Made by a program: the position numbers and the translations under genes
The notes under the pieces: generated by a model
The model's database searches: none
Seen by the model: the letters and a program-made list of their open reading frames with translations, nothing else
Told to the model about the DNA's origin: nothing
Source: an uncultured delta proteobacterium
GTDB taxonomy: Bacteria; Desulfobacterota; Desulfobacteria; Desulfobacterales; QNYZ01
Direction: 5' to 3'
DNA length: 64,000 nucleotides
NCBI GenBank assembly: GCA_963845145.1
Contig: CAWJQU010000006.1
Coordinates: 1-64,000, forward strand
Part shown: positions 9,236 to 18,863 of the stretch, in pieces
Position numbering within the stretch: the first letter of the stretch is position 1
Layout of the letters: each line of letters starts with the position of its first letter

Positions 9236-10087
9236 ATGAAACTTCGAAATTTATTTAGACGCAAAAGAAATTGGGCGAATCTTGACGCCTTTCATAGTGC
9301 CGAAACAAGTTCAGGGGTCAAACTGACAGACCAGGTAATAATGGGCATACCGGCTGTATTTGCTTGTGTAAGGGTACTTTCCGAATCGATTGCATCCTTA
9401 CCGTTAATAACCTATGAACGCCTGTCCGACGGCAATAAACGGCGCTCACGGGACTTTTCTTTATATGGCATACTACATGATTCGCCTAATCCGTTGATGA
9501 CGGCGTTTGAGCTTCGTGAGATGCTTGTCGGCCATCTGGCCTTGAGGGGCAATGCCTATGCCTATATTGAACGCGACCAGGGCGAGGTGGTGGCCCTATG
9601 GCCCCTTAATCCCGATAATGTGACCGTGGAAGTAAAGGGCCAGGACTTAATATATACCCATGTTAGCAATGGCAACGAAAAGAAGTATCGTTCCGTTGAT
9701 ATTCTCCATATCCGTGGTTTGAGTTCAGACGGTATTATCGGCTTCAGCCCGTTGTCTGTTTTCCGTGATACTTTCGGCGCTGCCAAGGCGGTTGGGGATT
9801 ACGCCGCGAACTATTTCAAAAACGATGCAAGCCCAGGCGGCATCTTGTCAACAGATGGTTCACTTGGGGATAACTTGGAGCAACTCCACAAGTCATGGAA
9901 CGCCGGCTTTAAAGGTCAGGGCAATAAGCATCGGGTTGCGATTTTGGATAATGGCTTGAAGTGGGAGGCCATCGGGCTTAGTCCTGAAGATAGCCAGATG
10001 GTGGACAGTCAAAAGTTTTCAGTGGTTCAGAGAAAGTTGGGGTCGGACCAAGATAACCGCATGAAAATAAATAAGAAGATGTTATAA
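9236..10087 (+). pseudogene. HK97-family portal protein, 3'-truncated by the transposase element at about 10031
   Basis: PAVFACVRVLSESIASLPL, LRGNAY, ILHIRG, DGIIGFSP; portal-like sequence stops at SQKFSVVQ where the inverted repeat begins. Confidence 0.9.
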
Positions 10088-10975
10088 AACAGCCTCATTA
10101 CGTGGCAATAACCTCGTTTTTGATACGAAAATGGAGGATATACGAAACTTAAGTGGCAAGGGCTAATCGTCATTTTATTCCAGGGCATGTCTGGCATATT
10201 ACGCATCGGTGCCATAAAAGGGAGTTTCTGCTTAAATTCGTTAAAGATCGCCTTCGATGGATGCAATGGCTGTACGAGACAAAGAAGCGTTACGGCTTGG
10301 TGATTTTGAATTACGTAGTGACCGCCAATCATGTTCATTTGATTGTTTATGGCAAGGATGGCAGAGAAACGATTCCCAAATCAATTCAGCTTTTAGCGGG
10401 TAGGACAGCTCAGGAATATAATCAGAGGAAAAAGAGAAAAGGTGCTTTTTGGGAAGATCGGTATCATGCCACGGCAATCGAAACCGGGGAGCATCTTCTG
10501 CGCTGTATTGTATATGTGGACCTGAACATGGTTCGAGCCGGTGTTGTAGATCATCCAGAGAAATGGCCTCACGGTGGATACAACGAAATCCAGCGTCCAC
10601 GGCGAAAGAACATTTTGATTGATTACGAAACACTTGCTCATCTTTCAGGTTTCAGCAATCTTGAAGACTTCCAATCAGCCCACCGACGTTGGGTTCAATC
10701 GGAGCTTTCTGATGGTGGGTCGAAAAGAGATGATAGTTGGGCACAGAGCATTGCTACTGGGAGCCAGTCGTTTATCAAGACTGTCAAAAGGCAAATGCAC
10801 AGCTTTGCAATTGGTCGCCGTGTTCGTAAGAAGGCAGAAGGCTTTGAACTACGGGAGTCACAGTCACCCTATAAAGCTCCTTTCTATACCGAAAAGAGCG
10901 ATATGGAAGGCAAAAACCTATGGTTCTGGAAATAAAGCTTTGGAATATCAAAAAGTTAGCTTGGTCCGACCCCAA
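10037..10975 (+). mobile_element. HUH (Y1/RAYT-type) transposase element bounded by 21-bp inverted repeats
   Basis: ttggggtcggaccaagataac (10037-10057) and gttagcttggtccgaccccaa (10955-10975) are 20/21 reverse complements. Confidence 0.85.
10153..10935 (+). CDS. REP-associated tyrosine transposase-like protein (IS200/IS605 superfamily Y1 HUH)
   Basis: WHITHRCH, NHVHL (HUH), GAFWEDRY, YVDLNMVRAG. Confidence 0.92.
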   Translation: MARANRHFIPGHVWHITHRCHKREFLLKFVKDRLRWMQWLYETKKRYGLVILNYVVTANHVHLIVYGKDGRETIPKSIQLLAGRTAQEYNQRKKRKGAFWEDRYHATAIETGEHLLRCIVYVDLNMVRAGVVDHPEKWPHGGYNEIQRPRRKNILIDYETLAHLSGFSNLEDFQSAHRRWVQSELSDGGSKRDDSWAQSIATGSQSFIKTVKRQMHSFAIGRRVRKKAEGFELRESQSPYKAPFYTEKSDMEGKNLWFWK

Positions 10976-10996
10976 TTGCAGTTTCAATTGCAGTTT
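10973..10996. repeat. 12-bp tandem duplication at the right inverted repeat
   Basis: caattgcagttt caattgcagttt. Confidence 0.85.
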
Positions 10997-11087
10997 CAAA
11001 ATCAGCTCATTTTCAAAATTTTTCTGGAAATGCCAATATCGTTTTTGTCAGATTTTTAAATTTTAATTTTTTTTCTTGCCTGATCAT

Positions 11088-11137
11088 CCGCCAACCTGAT
11101 ACAGATACAACATGTTGTATCTGTATCAGGTTGGCGG
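11088..11137. repeat. Perfect 50-bp palindrome (REP-like element, copy 1)
   Basis: ccgccaacctgatacagatacaacatgttgtatctgtatcaggttggcgg. Confidence 0.95.
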
Positions 11138-11173
11138 TAATATTTCGAATTTTGTAGGGTTTTTATGGTTTGG

Positions 11174-11223
11174 TTAACAAAAAGCAAGTTCTTATCCCTT
11201 AACAAATAGCAAGTTCTTATCCC
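11174..11223. repeat. 25-bp tandem duplication with one mismatch
   Basis: ttaacaaaaagcaagttcttatccc / ttaacaaatagcaagttcttatccc. Confidence 0.9.
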
Positions 11224-11227
11224 TTTT

Positions 11228-11485
11228 CAGGCGGCCCAAAAAATTGTGGGTGAAGAGCAGGTAGCCTATATCGAACCGATTTTGGGCTCCGACGATTTCG
11301 CCTATTTTACGATTGAAAGACCTGCTTCGATCATTCGTTTAGGTTGCAGTAATCCCACACTCGGTATTACCGGCCGCTTACACGCTCCTGACTTTGATAT
11401 TGACGAAGCTGTTTTAGAGATTGGGACGAATATCTTTTATGAGGCGGTTCGTTCCGAGTTAATTTCCAGCGAAGAGGAAAGTTAA
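11228..11485 (+). pseudogene. C-terminal fragment of an M20 amidohydrolase
   Basis: LGSDDFAYF...LHAPDFDIDEAVLEIG; the 5' part is missing and the fragment starts at the repeat element. Confidence 0.85.
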
Positions 11486-11540
11486 ACTTAATATCGGTTG
11501 ATACATACCACTAACAATTGCAACATAAGGAGGTCCCCCA

Positions 11541-13070
11541 ATGAAAAAGCATCCTCAATATTTACTGGTAGGGGTGTTGCTTACCCTTTTTCTTTTACTC
11601 ACCGCCTTGCAGCCGGTTTGGGCAGCAAAATCAGATAATACGCTGAATATCGCCTGGACCAAAGAGTTGGAAAATTTGGACCGTTACTACAACACTGCCC
11701 GGGAAGGTATGATCGTCAGTCGTCACATCTACGATGATCTGGTCTATCGTGATCCTGAGTCCTGGGAATACAAACCCCTTCTGGCCAAGTCCTGGAAGTG
11801 GGTCAACGATACGACTCTGGAGTTTGAACTGCGCGAGGATGTCGTCTTTCACAATGGTGAAAAGTTTGATGCCGATGATGTGGTCTACACCTTCAATTTT
11901 GTCTCCAATCCCGACAACAAGGTGTTGGTTCTACGCAATGTGAGCTGGATTAAAAACGCTGAAAAACTGGGTCCTTACAAGGTCCAAGTAAACCTCAAGG
12001 AGCCCTTTCCCGCAGCTCTGGAATATCTTGCCGGCAATCTGCCCATCTACCCTAATGAATACTATGCCAAAGTGGGTCCCGAAGAATTTGGACTCAAACC
12101 GGTGGGCACCGGGCCTTACAAAATCACCGAGGTGGAGCAGGGTAAACGTATCGTTTTCGAGAAAAACGAAAATTACTACAGCGGCAGCCCCAAGGGGATG
12201 CCGGCCATCGACAAGATCGTGCAACGCACCATTCCCGAAATTACCACCTTGGTAGCCGAATTGATGACCGGCGGGCTGGATTGGATCTATCTTGTACCCA
12301 CGGATCAGGCCGAGCAACTGGAAAAGGTCCCCAATCTCCAGGTGGTCCGGGCCGAAACCATGCGCATTGGTTTTTTACAGATGGATGCTGTCGGCCGCAC
12401 AGGGGATACGCCTTTTAAAAATTTACAAGTACGCCAGGCCGTGTCCCATGCCATCGACCGTGAAGCTATTGCCAAAAATCTAGTGGGCGGGCAGTCGCGC
12501 GTGGTACATGCCGCCTGCTACCCCTCCCAATTTGGGTGTATCGATGATGTGGCCAAATATGAATTCGATCCGGCCAAGGCCAAAAAGCTGCTGGCTGAAG
12601 CAGGCTATCCCGATGGCTTCGAGGTCGATTTTTACGGCTACCGCGACCGCCCCTACGGCGAAGCCATTACCGGGTTTTTAAGGGATGTGGGCATCAAGGC
12701 CAATATGAAATGGCTTAAATATTCGGCCCTGCGCGACGCGACCAAGGCCGACCAAGTGGCATTGGTTATGAACACCTGGGGATCTTACGGTGTGAATGAC
12801 ATCTCCAATATCACAGGGCAACACTTTAGAATGGAGTATAACGACTTTGCCCGTGATCAAGAGGTCACCGATTGGCTAAACAAGGGCGACGTCTCCATCG
12901 ATACCGAATTACGCAAGGATGTCTATGCCAAAGCCCTGAAAAAGATCGCTGACCAGGCGTATTGGGTGCCGCTTTTCACTTGGGTTTCCAATTACGTATT
13001 TTCCGAGGATTTGGATTTTACGCCCCATCCAGATGCTGTGCCTCGGTTTTTCCTGAGTAAGTGGAAATAG
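11541..13070 (+). CDS. ABC transporter substrate-binding protein (Dpp/Opp family 5)
   Basis: Signal peptide; PLLAKSW, LREDVVFHNGEKFDADDVVYTF, PVGTGPY. Confidence 0.95.
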   Translation: MKKHPQYLLVGVLLTLFLLLTALQPVWAAKSDNTLNIAWTKELENLDRYYNTAREGMIVSRHIYDDLVYRDPESWEYKPLLAKSWKWVNDTTLEFELREDVVFHNGEKFDADDVVYTFNFVSNPDNKVLVLRNVSWIKNAEKLGPYKVQVNLKEPFPAALEYLAGNLPIYPNEYYAKVGPEEFGLKPVGTGPYKITEVEQGKRIVFEKNENYYSGSPKGMPAIDKIVQRTIPEITTLVAELMTGGLDWIYLVPTDQAEQLEKVPNLQVVRAETMRIGFLQMDAVGRTGDTPFKNLQVRQAVSHAIDREAIAKNLVGGQSRVVHAACYPSQFGCIDDVAKYEFDPAKAKKLLAEAGYPDGFEVDFYGYRDRPYGEAITGFLRDVGIKANMKWLKYSALRDATKADQVALVMNTWGSYGVNDISNITGQHFRMEYNDFARDQEVTDWLNKGDVSIDTELRKDVYAKALKKIADQAYWVPLFTWVSNYVFSEDLDFTPHPDAVPRFFLSKWK

Positions 13071-13080
13071 CAACATCCAT

Positions 13081-13110
13081 GAGGCACCCGGTGACGTACC
13101 CGGGTGCCTT
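13081..13110 (+). other. Intergenic hairpin after the binding-protein gene (possible mRNA stabiliser or attenuator)
   Basis: gaggcacccgg tgacgtac ccgggtgcctt. Confidence 0.55.
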
Positions 13111-13137
13111 GGCATTCCCTCCTGACCCAGGGAACAT

Positions 13138-14055
13138 ATGATTACCTATACTATCAAACGCTTGCTGTTGGCCCTATTGGTGGCGATCACCGTATCGTTC
13201 ATCACCTTCATGTTGCTGCGTTCTTCCGGGGATCCCGCGGTGGCCATGGCCGGTCCGGATGCCACCACTGAGGAGGTCGAATTCATCCGGGTACAGTATG
13301 GGTTTGATCGGCCTCTCATCGCTCAATACTTCGAATGGGGAGGGCGGGCCCTGCGGGGCGATTTCGGTAAATCGGCCTATTTTAAACGTCCCGTGGAGGA
13401 GATCATCGGCGGTCGGTTGCGAATTACCATGACCCTGGGGGCCTGTGCGCTCACTTTTGCGATTCTCCTGGCGGTACCCTTGGGAGTCTTGGCTGCTATT
13501 CGACCCAATACCTGGATCGATCGCCTGGCGTTGAGCATTTCAGTCATTGGTCAGGCCATGCCTTCTTTTTTCTTCGGGTTGATCCTGATGATCGTATTCG
13601 GAATCATGCTGCGCTGGCTACCCATTTCAGGTAGTAGCACTTGGAAACATTTCATTCTGCCAGCGATCGCTTTGGGATATTATGCCACCCCCGCCATCAT
13701 GCGTCTGACCCGCTCGGGCATGTTGGATGTACTGGGGTCCGACTACATTCGCACTGCCCGGGCTAAAGGCCTGCGGGCCGGAAGCGTACTGTTCAAGCAC
13801 GCCCTTCGAAATGCCATTATTCCCGTCGTCTCGCTTCTGGCCGTGCAGTTTGGCTTCATGTTGGGTGGCTCTTTAGTTATCGAAACCATTTTCGCCATCA
13901 ACGGGGTGGGGTTTTTGGGATATGAATCAATCTCCCGCGCCGATCTGCCCATGGTCCAGGCCATCGTTTTAATGGTCTCCATGTTTTATGTGGTATTGAC
14001 TTTTTTCTCTGATCTGCTCAACGCATTTCTGGATCCCCGCATCCGGGTAAAGTAA
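13138..14055 (+). CDS. Dpp/Opp ABC permease, B-type
   Basis: TM helices; DYIRTARAKGL EAA-loop region; LDPRIR C-terminus. Confidence 0.95.
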   Translation: MITYTIKRLLLALLVAITVSFITFMLLRSSGDPAVAMAGPDATTEEVEFIRVQYGFDRPLIAQYFEWGGRALRGDFGKSAYFKRPVEEIIGGRLRITMTLGACALTFAILLAVPLGVLAAIRPNTWIDRLALSISVIGQAMPSFFFGLILMIVFGIMLRWLPISGSSTWKHFILPAIALGYYATPAIMRLTRSGMLDVLGSDYIRTARAKGLRAGSVLFKHALRNAIIPVVSLLAVQFGFMLGGSLVIETIFAINGVGFLGYESISRADLPMVQAIVLMVSMFYVVLTFFSDLLNAFLDPRIRVK

Positions 14056-14068
14056 AGGGATAGCCGTC

Positions 14069-14969
14069 GTGACCGTAACTGCTGCCAATACACTTCCTGA
14101 AATCAACTACCCTACGCCAGGGCAGATGATGCGCCGACGGACCCTAAAGCACAAAGGATTTATGATTGGTGCCGGTATCCTGGTGTTGATCGTGGCCGTG
14201 GCGCTTCTTGCGCCGATTCTGGCACCCCATGATCCGTATCAGCAGGACCTGGCCAACCGTTTGGTCAATCCCATCTGGCACGCCGACGGTACCTGGGAAC
14301 ACCCTTTGGGTACCGACAACCTGGGACGCGATTATTTGAGCCGGCTCATGTATGGTGCCCGGATTTCACTTTTGATTGGGATTGCGGCCATGCTGATTTC
14401 CGGTTTGATAGGCACCGTTCTGGGCGTGGCCGCCGGGTATTTCGGCGGCCGGGTGGATATGATTATCAGCTTCGTGATTACCACACGGCTCTCCATGCCC
14501 GTAGTACTAGTCGCCCTGGCGGTGGTGGCCCTGGTGGGCGGCTCCCTCAACGTGATCATCTGGGTATTAGGTTGATCTCATCTGGGACCGTTTCGCCGTG
14601 GTAATGCGCTCTTCGACCCAGCAGCTTCGCAATATCGAGTATATCAGCTCCGCCAAGGCCGTTGGCTGCTCAACGGCACGTATTTTGACAACGGAGCTGT
14701 TGCCCAATATTTTAAACAACCTGATTGTGGTGGCTACCCTGGAGATTGCCCATGCGATTTTGTTAGAGGCTGCGCTCTCCTTTCTGGGTATGGGAGTTCA
14801 GCCTCCGTTGCCTTCCTGGGGGCTGATGATTTCCGAGGGTAAGGAATTCATGCTCTTTCTGCCCTGGATCATCGCCATTCCTGGGGTGGTGCTTTCATTG
14901 CTGGTATTAGCGATTAACCTGATGGGTGATGGCATTCGGGATATTACCGCCCCGGAGGGTCGTGCATGA
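14069..14969 (+). CDS. Dpp/Opp ABC permease, C-type; split by a frameshift at about 14570
   Basis: HPLGTDNLGRD...GARISL in the first frame; EAALSFLGMGVQPPLPSWG in the second. Confidence 0.9.
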
Positions 14970-15976
14970 GTGCCCTGCTAACCATCGAGTCGCTTTTTAT
15001 TGATATCCCACTGGCTGCGGGAGTGTTGCACGCAGTTCGGGATGTCAGTTTTTCGGTTCATCGAGGTGAAACCGTAAGCTTGGTGGGCGAGTCGGGTTGC
15101 GGCAAATCCCTTACCTCTTTGGCTGTCATGGATCTGTTACCCAAACAGGCCACCTACCGGGCCAAGCAATTGGTGTTCGACGATCAAGATCTCACCCGTA
15201 TCTCGGCGCACCAGATGACCGATATTCGTGGTCGGGACATGGCCATGATTTTCCAAGAACCCATGACCTCACTGAATCCCTGCTACACCATCGGCAATCA
15301 GCTCATGGAGACGTTGCGGCGCCATACGCGCCAGTCCAAGAACGAGGCCCGGGAGCGGGCGGTGTATCTATTGGAAAAAGTGGGTATCACGGCCGCTGCC
15401 AGCCGGTTGAAACAATACCCCCACCAGTTGTCGGGAGGGTTGCGCCAACGGATCATGATCGCCATGGCGCTCATGTGTGGGCCGTCATTGGTGATTGCCG
15501 ATGAGCCCACCACGGCCCTGGATGTGACCATCCAGGCCCAGATTCTGGCGCTATTGGCTGATCTGCAAAAAGAGTTCAATACCGGCATGATTTTAATCAC
15601 CCACGACCTGGGGGTCGTGTCCAGGGTGGCTGATCGGGTGGAAGTGATGTATTGCGGTGAGGTAGTGGAAGAGGGGAGTGTCACCGAAATTTTCGAGCGG
15701 CCGCTGCACCCTTACACACAGGGATTGATGGCTTGTATTCCCGTTCCCGGCAAAACTCGTCCCGGAGATCATCTGGGGTCAATCCCGGGGATTGTTCCCA
15801 CGCCCATCGGGGATTTGAAAGGCTGCATGTTTCGCAATCGATGTCCCCATGTCATGCCAGACTGCGCGGCGACCGATGATATTACACTCACCCAGATCGC
15901 TCCCAACCGAGGCTATCGCTGTCTGCTCAGTCCCGAAGAGAGTAGCCGCCGGTATCAACCGGGGGGTGCTGCATGA
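14966..15976 (+). CDS. Dpp/Opp ABC ATP-binding protein, D-type
   Basis: GESGCGKS, YPHQLSGGLRQR, IADEPTTALDVT, HPYT. Confidence 0.95.
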   Translation: MSALLTIESLFIDIPLAAGVLHAVRDVSFSVHRGETVSLVGESGCGKSLTSLAVMDLLPKQATYRAKQLVFDDQDLTRISAHQMTDIRGRDMAMIFQEPMTSLNPCYTIGNQLMETLRRHTRQSKNEARERAVYLLEKVGITAAASRLKQYPHQLSGGLRQRIMIAMALMCGPSLVIADEPTTALDVTIQAQILALLADLQKEFNTGMILITHDLGVVSRVADRVEVMYCGEVVEEGSVTEIFERPLHPYTQGLMACIPVPGKTRPGDHLGSIPGIVPTPIGDLKGCMFRNRCPHVMPDCAATDDITLTQIAPNRGYRCLLSPEESSRRYQPGGAA

Positions 15977-16929
15977 CGACCGCATTGTTGGAAACCAGAG
16001 ATCTGACCAAGATCTATACCGTCAGTCGGGGGCTCTTTAAAGGCAAGCAAAGTTTAATCGCTGTGAACGGTATCAATCTGTCGGTCCCTCAAGGGTCCGT
16101 GTTGGGTCTGGTGGGTGAGTCCGGATGCGGTAAAAGCACCGTAGCCAAACTGATCTTACGGCTGGAAGCCCCCACCAGCGGACAGATCCACTTTGACGGT
16201 GAAGACGTTACCGATATTCAGCGTAAAGAGATGGCGCGTCGCGTCCAGCCGGTTTTTCAGGATCCCTACGCTTCGCTGAACCCCAGGAAGTCCATCGACG
16301 CCATTGTTTCGCTGCCTTTGCGGGTGCACCAGATAGGCGATCGCCAGAAACGGGAATCAAAACTCGATGAGATTATGGAGATTGTGGGTCTACCGCCCCG
16401 TCTGCGTCAAAGCTACCCCAATCAGCTCTCCGGGGGCCAGCGGCAGCGCGTGGCCGTAGCAAGAGCGCTGATCATGCACCCCGAAATGGTCATTTGCGAC
16501 GAACCCACCTCAGCCCTGGATGTATCGGTACAGTCCCAGATCCTTAACCTGCTGATGGATCTGCAGCGCCAATTCGGTCTAACCTATCTATTCATCAGCC
16601 ACGACCTGGCCGTGGTGGAGCATATCGCCTCCCAGGTGGCCGTCATGTACCTGGGCCGTATTGTGGAGCAGGCCAAAACCGAGGATCTTTTCAAACAGCC
16701 GCGACACCCGTATACCCAGGCCCTGTTAACATCGGTATTGACGCCCGATCCCCACCGGGGCCTGCCCCAAACCCATCTGGGCACCGCCTACCCTAATCCC
16801 ATCGATCCGCCGTCAGGGTGTACTTTTCACCCACGCTGCCCCCACGTTCAACCGCATTGCAAAGTCGAGGCACCACCGTTAATCACCGAAAACGGCCGTG
16901 ATGTAGCGTGTTACTACCCTCTGGGATAA
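15973..16929 (+). CDS. Dpp/Opp ABC ATP-binding protein, F-type
   Basis: GESGCGKST, FQDPYASLNPR, LSGGQRQR, PPSGCTFHPRCP. Confidence 0.95.
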   Translation: MTTALLETRDLTKIYTVSRGLFKGKQSLIAVNGINLSVPQGSVLGLVGESGCGKSTVAKLILRLEAPTSGQIHFDGEDVTDIQRKEMARRVQPVFQDPYASLNPRKSIDAIVSLPLRVHQIGDRQKRESKLDEIMEIVGLPPRLRQSYPNQLSGGQRQRVAVARALIMHPEMVICDEPTSALDVSVQSQILNLLMDLQRQFGLTYLFISHDLAVVEHIASQVAVMYLGRIVEQAKTEDLFKQPRHPYTQALLTSVLTPDPHRGLPQTHLGTAYPNPIDPPSGCTFHPRCPHVQPHCKVEAPPLITENGRDVACYYPLG

Positions 16930-17053
16930 GCCTCTGCGATTTTAATACGTTGTTGGATTGCTTAGGTGAATCACAATGTTGAGCATAACCTGAAATATCC
17001 GAATCTTTATTATTCTTCTTGACATGTGCAAGTGTGTGCACTAATGAACAGGA

Positions 17054-17401
17054 ATGAAGTTAGCGCTAACGAAAAAAATACCGAAAGAACTTGATGGCCT
17101 GGTTAAGGCGCTTGATTCTAAAATATTTAAAGCGCTAACCGATCCTACAAGAACCCAAATCCTCAAATTCTTAATGCTTCATGGACGAGCCGATATTAGT
17201 ACAATTGCCAACCACTTCCCCCAAGATAGGTCGGTAATCTCACGGCACCTGCATATGATGTATGAGGTTGGGTTATTGGTTGCAGAAAAGGAAACGCGAC
17301 ATCGTTTTTACAGTATCAACAGTAAAAAATTTTTGCGTGAGTTTGAAACCATTGTTACAAATTTAAAGACCTGTATCCATGAATACTGTCCAACAAAATA
17401 A
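17054..17401 (+). CDS. ArsR/SmtB family regulator
   Basis: FKALTDPTRTQIL...SVISRHLHMM...RFYSIN. Confidence 0.88.
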   Translation: MKLALTKKIPKELDGLVKALDSKIFKALTDPTRTQILKFLMLHGRADISTIANHFPQDRSVISRHLHMMYEVGLLVAEKETRHRFYSINSKKFLREFETIVTNLKTCIHEYCPTK

Positions 17402-17528
17402 AAGGAGGGGGTAATGGGTTTATCATTTTGATGCTACGGAACAAATATTGGCGATTGATATAAATTCTGTAAAGCGCATGCCATGGGCAGACAATGGATA
17501 AGTTGAAAATTAAACAGGGAGTTATAGA

Positions 17529-18524
17529 ATGCGGACAGCTCTATTAGTTACATCATTATTAATCTTGGTGTTTTTTGTTAATGTGACAAACGGCCTTGCA
17601 GACGATGATATTTTAGATTTTCTTCCTGCAATTCTGGCCGGGGCTAAACAGGAACAGCCACCACCTAACAGCAGTAAGTCGGTAAGGGTCTCAGGGAATA
17701 AACTGCTATCACCGAACGGCAATCCGTTATTTCTCAAAATAGCTACATGGGAAAACCCGTTTAATGGTTCCGTGAGCGGTCAAACGATTATCCGCTTTAT
17801 GGACTACATGAAAGCCACCAATCTAAATTGTATCCTGCTTAAAGCGAATATGTGGTTGATTGACGATTACCGACAAAGAATAGACACCAGAGTCAATGCG
17901 TTGCGGTGGTTAATTCAAGAGGCTGAATTGCGGGGCATTTATGTCATAATTAATTTATTTGACGTGTGGTCGCGAGGTATCGGCAGCAACAGTTACAACC
18001 TGGATAGCAACACCCATCCTATAAATGTATGGAATTGGGATCATCGCCACCATGCCGCCGATTATATAAAATGGGTTACAAGGGAATTTGTAAAACATCC
18101 GCTGGTGCTGTTTGAACTTGGCAACGAGATGGAACGTAACGACGAAGCTGTCTTTATTCGAATCGCCACAATACATCTGTTGCCTCATTTTTATAATATC
18201 GCCGGAAAAGATCGACCCATCGGGGTGTCACAGCATCCTTTATGGTCGCTACCTGTCAATATAATTTTCAATCATGCCCCAAATTCTATGCCAAAGGTAG
18301 AGCTAAACAACCGACCTGTCATTACTAATGAACTGGCGTATGACACCGATCTTTGGAAAGATTCCGTCATAAGAAATCCGAGCCGGTCGCAGGAATACAT
18401 AAATGCTTTCAATCTGGCAGAAGCGCAAAACCATAGTGGTGTTGCAGCGGCAACGATCTTGAATATCAACAACAGTTTAAACGATGCGGCTAAGTATGTG
18501 CTTGAAGAGCTTGGAAAGTTATAG
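17529..18524 (+). CDS. Secreted clan GH-A (GH5-like) glycoside hydrolase-fold protein
   Basis: Signal peptide; RGIYVIINLFD, FELGNE (acid/base-like), NRPVITNE (nucleophile-like). Confidence 0.6.
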   Translation: MRTALLVTSLLILVFFVNVTNGLADDDILDFLPAILAGAKQEQPPPNSSKSVRVSGNKLLSPNGNPLFLKIATWENPFNGSVSGQTIIRFMDYMKATNLNCILLKANMWLIDDYRQRIDTRVNALRWLIQEAELRGIYVIINLFDVWSRGIGSNSYNLDSNTHPINVWNWDHRHHAADYIKWVTREFVKHPLVLFELGNEMERNDEAVFIRIATIHLLPHFYNIAGKDRPIGVSQHPLWSLPVNIIFNHAPNSMPKVELNNRPVITNELAYDTDLWKDSVIRNPSRSQEYINAFNLAEAQNHSGVAAATILNINNSLNDAAKYVLEELGKL

Positions 18525-18714
18525 GGCGGCCACATGAAGCAGGTAAACGAGTTCTTCATTGATTAGTGGAATCCTAAGCACCGTCGGCCTACTGATAGAT
18601 CAAGATTAGAAGGGGCATGAGAGCATAATCGGCGTTGTGCCAAAAACCCCCTATAGTCAAATCATTTTTAATCTTCCGGGTCAATATCTATTTACCATTT
18701 TGAGTGGTCTTCTA

Positions 18715-18760
18715 CCCCGGCCAACAAGGACACAACATGTTGCGTCCCTGTTGGCCGGGG
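18715..18760. repeat. 46-bp palindrome with two mismatches (REP-like element, copy 2)
   Basis: ccccggccaacaaggacacaacatgttgcgtccctgttggccgggg; shares the caacatgttg core with 11088-11137. Confidence 0.9.
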
Positions 18761-18863
18761 GGATATTTCAGAGCTATAGAATGTTCTCATTAATTTTTTA
18801 ACAAAAAGCATTTACTTATGCCTATTCAAAAAGGTACTCAAACACATTCCATAACACCTTCTG

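Noticed and set aside
10619..11059. Alternative-frame ORFs over the transposase end (QLQFQLQFQ)
   Set aside because: They are shadow frames; the low-complexity peptide comes from the 12-bp DNA duplication.
17402..17431. Strong RBS and ATG after arsR
   Set aside because: The frame closes after five codons; it may be a gene remnant but cannot be identified.
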